Part shown: in pieces, positions 62,501 through 64,000 of the stretch
How the letters are laid out: each line of letters opens with the position of its first letter
How positions within the stretch are numbered: the first letter of the stretch is position 1
Origin: Haplodiscus bocki
Taxonomy: Eukaryota
Assembly: GCA_965655095.1 (NCBI GenBank)
Contig: OZ296651.1
Span: 36,890,001 to 36,954,000 of the forward strand
Length of the DNA stretch: 64,000 nt
Direction: 5' to 3'
The notes under the pieces: model-generated
What the model saw: the letters and a program-made list of their open reading frames with translations, nothing else
Told to the model about the DNA's origin: nothing
Database searches by the model: none
Made by a program: the position numbers and the translations under genes

Positions 62501-64000
62501 AGACAGAATTTGGAATTGTCTCAGAATATTTTTGTGGAATTGGAGTTGAACTTAGAATATTTTTCCCGAAGAGAAAAGAGAAGAGAAATTGGACTTAGAA
62601 AATTTTGTCCAAAAAGCAAAATGGAGAAAGGGAGTTGGACTTAGAATAATTTGTCCAAGTAAAAGGAAGAAGAAGTAAAGTGAAGCAAGTCAGAAGCGGA
62701 GTGAGGAGTCCCGTCCGCTAAGCGGGAAAGAGGATAATGATCAAGTTTGATTCCCAGATCGACTCCAAAAAACCAGCATGCTGCCATTTCATGCAACCAA
62801 TAGAAAAAAGGCTTGTATCAGCCATGGTTGGCAGCAGGAGCCAATCGAAAAATAGCTACCGTTAGATTTTTTGTAAAAAAAACTATGTACAACTCCAATG
62901 GTTTACTTATTCCATCAGCTTTTATATTCTTCTTACCTCTATTCCGCCCTCCAGAAACGTTAGCTTTAATTAATCAATCATGTTCAATTATTAACGTTTA
63001 AGCGTTATGTGTAACGCGATAATGCACTTTAAACAAAAACTTCGGCAATACAGATGCTTTGATTTCTTCCGCAACTCTGTTTTCTTTGTCAAGATTTGTC
63101 GTCTTTTATAATTCTGGTTTTTGACACAGTCGCTCTTTTCAGGAAAACAACATAATGACGTCAATACACGATGATCGTATGATTATTTTGACCTTGGTTT
63201 GAGTTGTTGGTATAGTTTTCGGCACAGGTATGAAATGATCGAGGAAGAACACCGGGTTGGTGCATTAACCTAGAGGTACACCGATGGAAACCCAAGGTTA
63301 GAAAAAGAACCCTCTGAAAAGATTACCAGATATAGTTGTTCTGAAAAAACTGGAAATATGTCAACTACTTGTTCCGATCAATCAAAGCCTCCTTGTCTAA
63401 CTCCTTCTTGTTTTATTGTATGTTGGATTTTAGTGACTGTTTTGTTGGATGATAATGACTTCTTAAATCACACAATGTCTTTTCTGTAAGGAGAAACAGC
63501 ATACCAGAAAAATTCCTAACCAGTTACAAGAGATGTTGTTATTCGTAATGTTGCAGGTAATCAGAGGCAAAGTGAAGAAAATGAAAACGGCCAGGTTGGC
63601 GTAGAGTTATTTGCAACAATAACGATGGTGCTAGGTCAAAAAATGAGGACACTCAGACAAACAGATTTTATAAATCATTCTTCAAAACAGGATTACAAAG
63701 GAAGTGCTGAATGTAGTTGAGACGGTTGGAAGTGGGATACAGAATGCAAATTGTACCGCAAGGAATAGTATTCTTGCGTCACAACATCGGCAAGCCATCT
63801 GATCAACGAATGCGCCATTATTACGCCAAGGCGAGATGTCAGTAGTGTGGTGGTTCGTTCTGAATGTTCGTAACAAATAAAAATTACTAACCCTTTTGCA
63901 AAGGCATCCAGCAGAAACAATAAAATCCAAGAAGACGATTTGAACAGTAGGACTACGAGATAAAATCCTCACAAGGAAGGTGTCCTCAATCACAAGGACA
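59598..64000 (+). mobile_element. Diverged LTR of the same Gypsy family, interrupted by ~2.5 kb of other sequence and running off the window
   Basis: Starts TGTCACACGCTGCCGCCTGTGAGGGCCTGATCTAC. 63520-64000 encodes QDVVIRNVAG..VLNVVETV..IQNA..RDVSSV..ASSRNN, homologous to the LTR Gag N-terminus. Confidence 0.65.
62230..62660. repeat. Short direct-repeat array
   Basis: GTGGACAC..TTTAGACTCC.G.GGCAA..(A/G)TAGAAT twice (~62242, 62375) and (GG)ACTTAGAATATTTT-like motifs about five times (62458-62652). Confidence 0.6.

Overview
AT-rich, repeat-dense eukaryotic (probably invertebrate animal) DNA, almost entirely mobile elements; no rRNA, tRNA or CRISPR seen. The centrepiece is a complete but decayed Ty3/Gypsy LTR retrotransposon at 22931-53806 (TGTCACA...TCACA termini, perfect 5-bp TSD GCTGG). 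Its 1.84-kb LTR is protein-coding at both ends: gag starts about 565 bp inside the 5' LTR, and an extra sense ORF ends inside the 3' LTR. It also carries long antisense ORFs after pol. Nested in it is a 16.7-kb Polinton/Maverick (adintovirus-like) element at 33542-50219 with protease, major and minor capsid, integrase, packaging ATPase and pPolB. Its accessory genes include an EGF-family growth-factor-like ORF, and four CArG boxes lie upstream of pPolB. Also present: three more copies of the same LTR family (solo LTR 4621-6569, fragments from 17840 and 59598), a CRE-clade non-LTR retrotransposon (about 12540-16140, minus), a higher-order satellite (1-3800), MITE/foldback elements, a 200-N gap, and one host-like exon encoding an atypical Rho-family GTPase N-terminus (7018-7222). 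Most mobile-element ORFs are broken by stops and frameshifts. All alignments and translations were done by eye.
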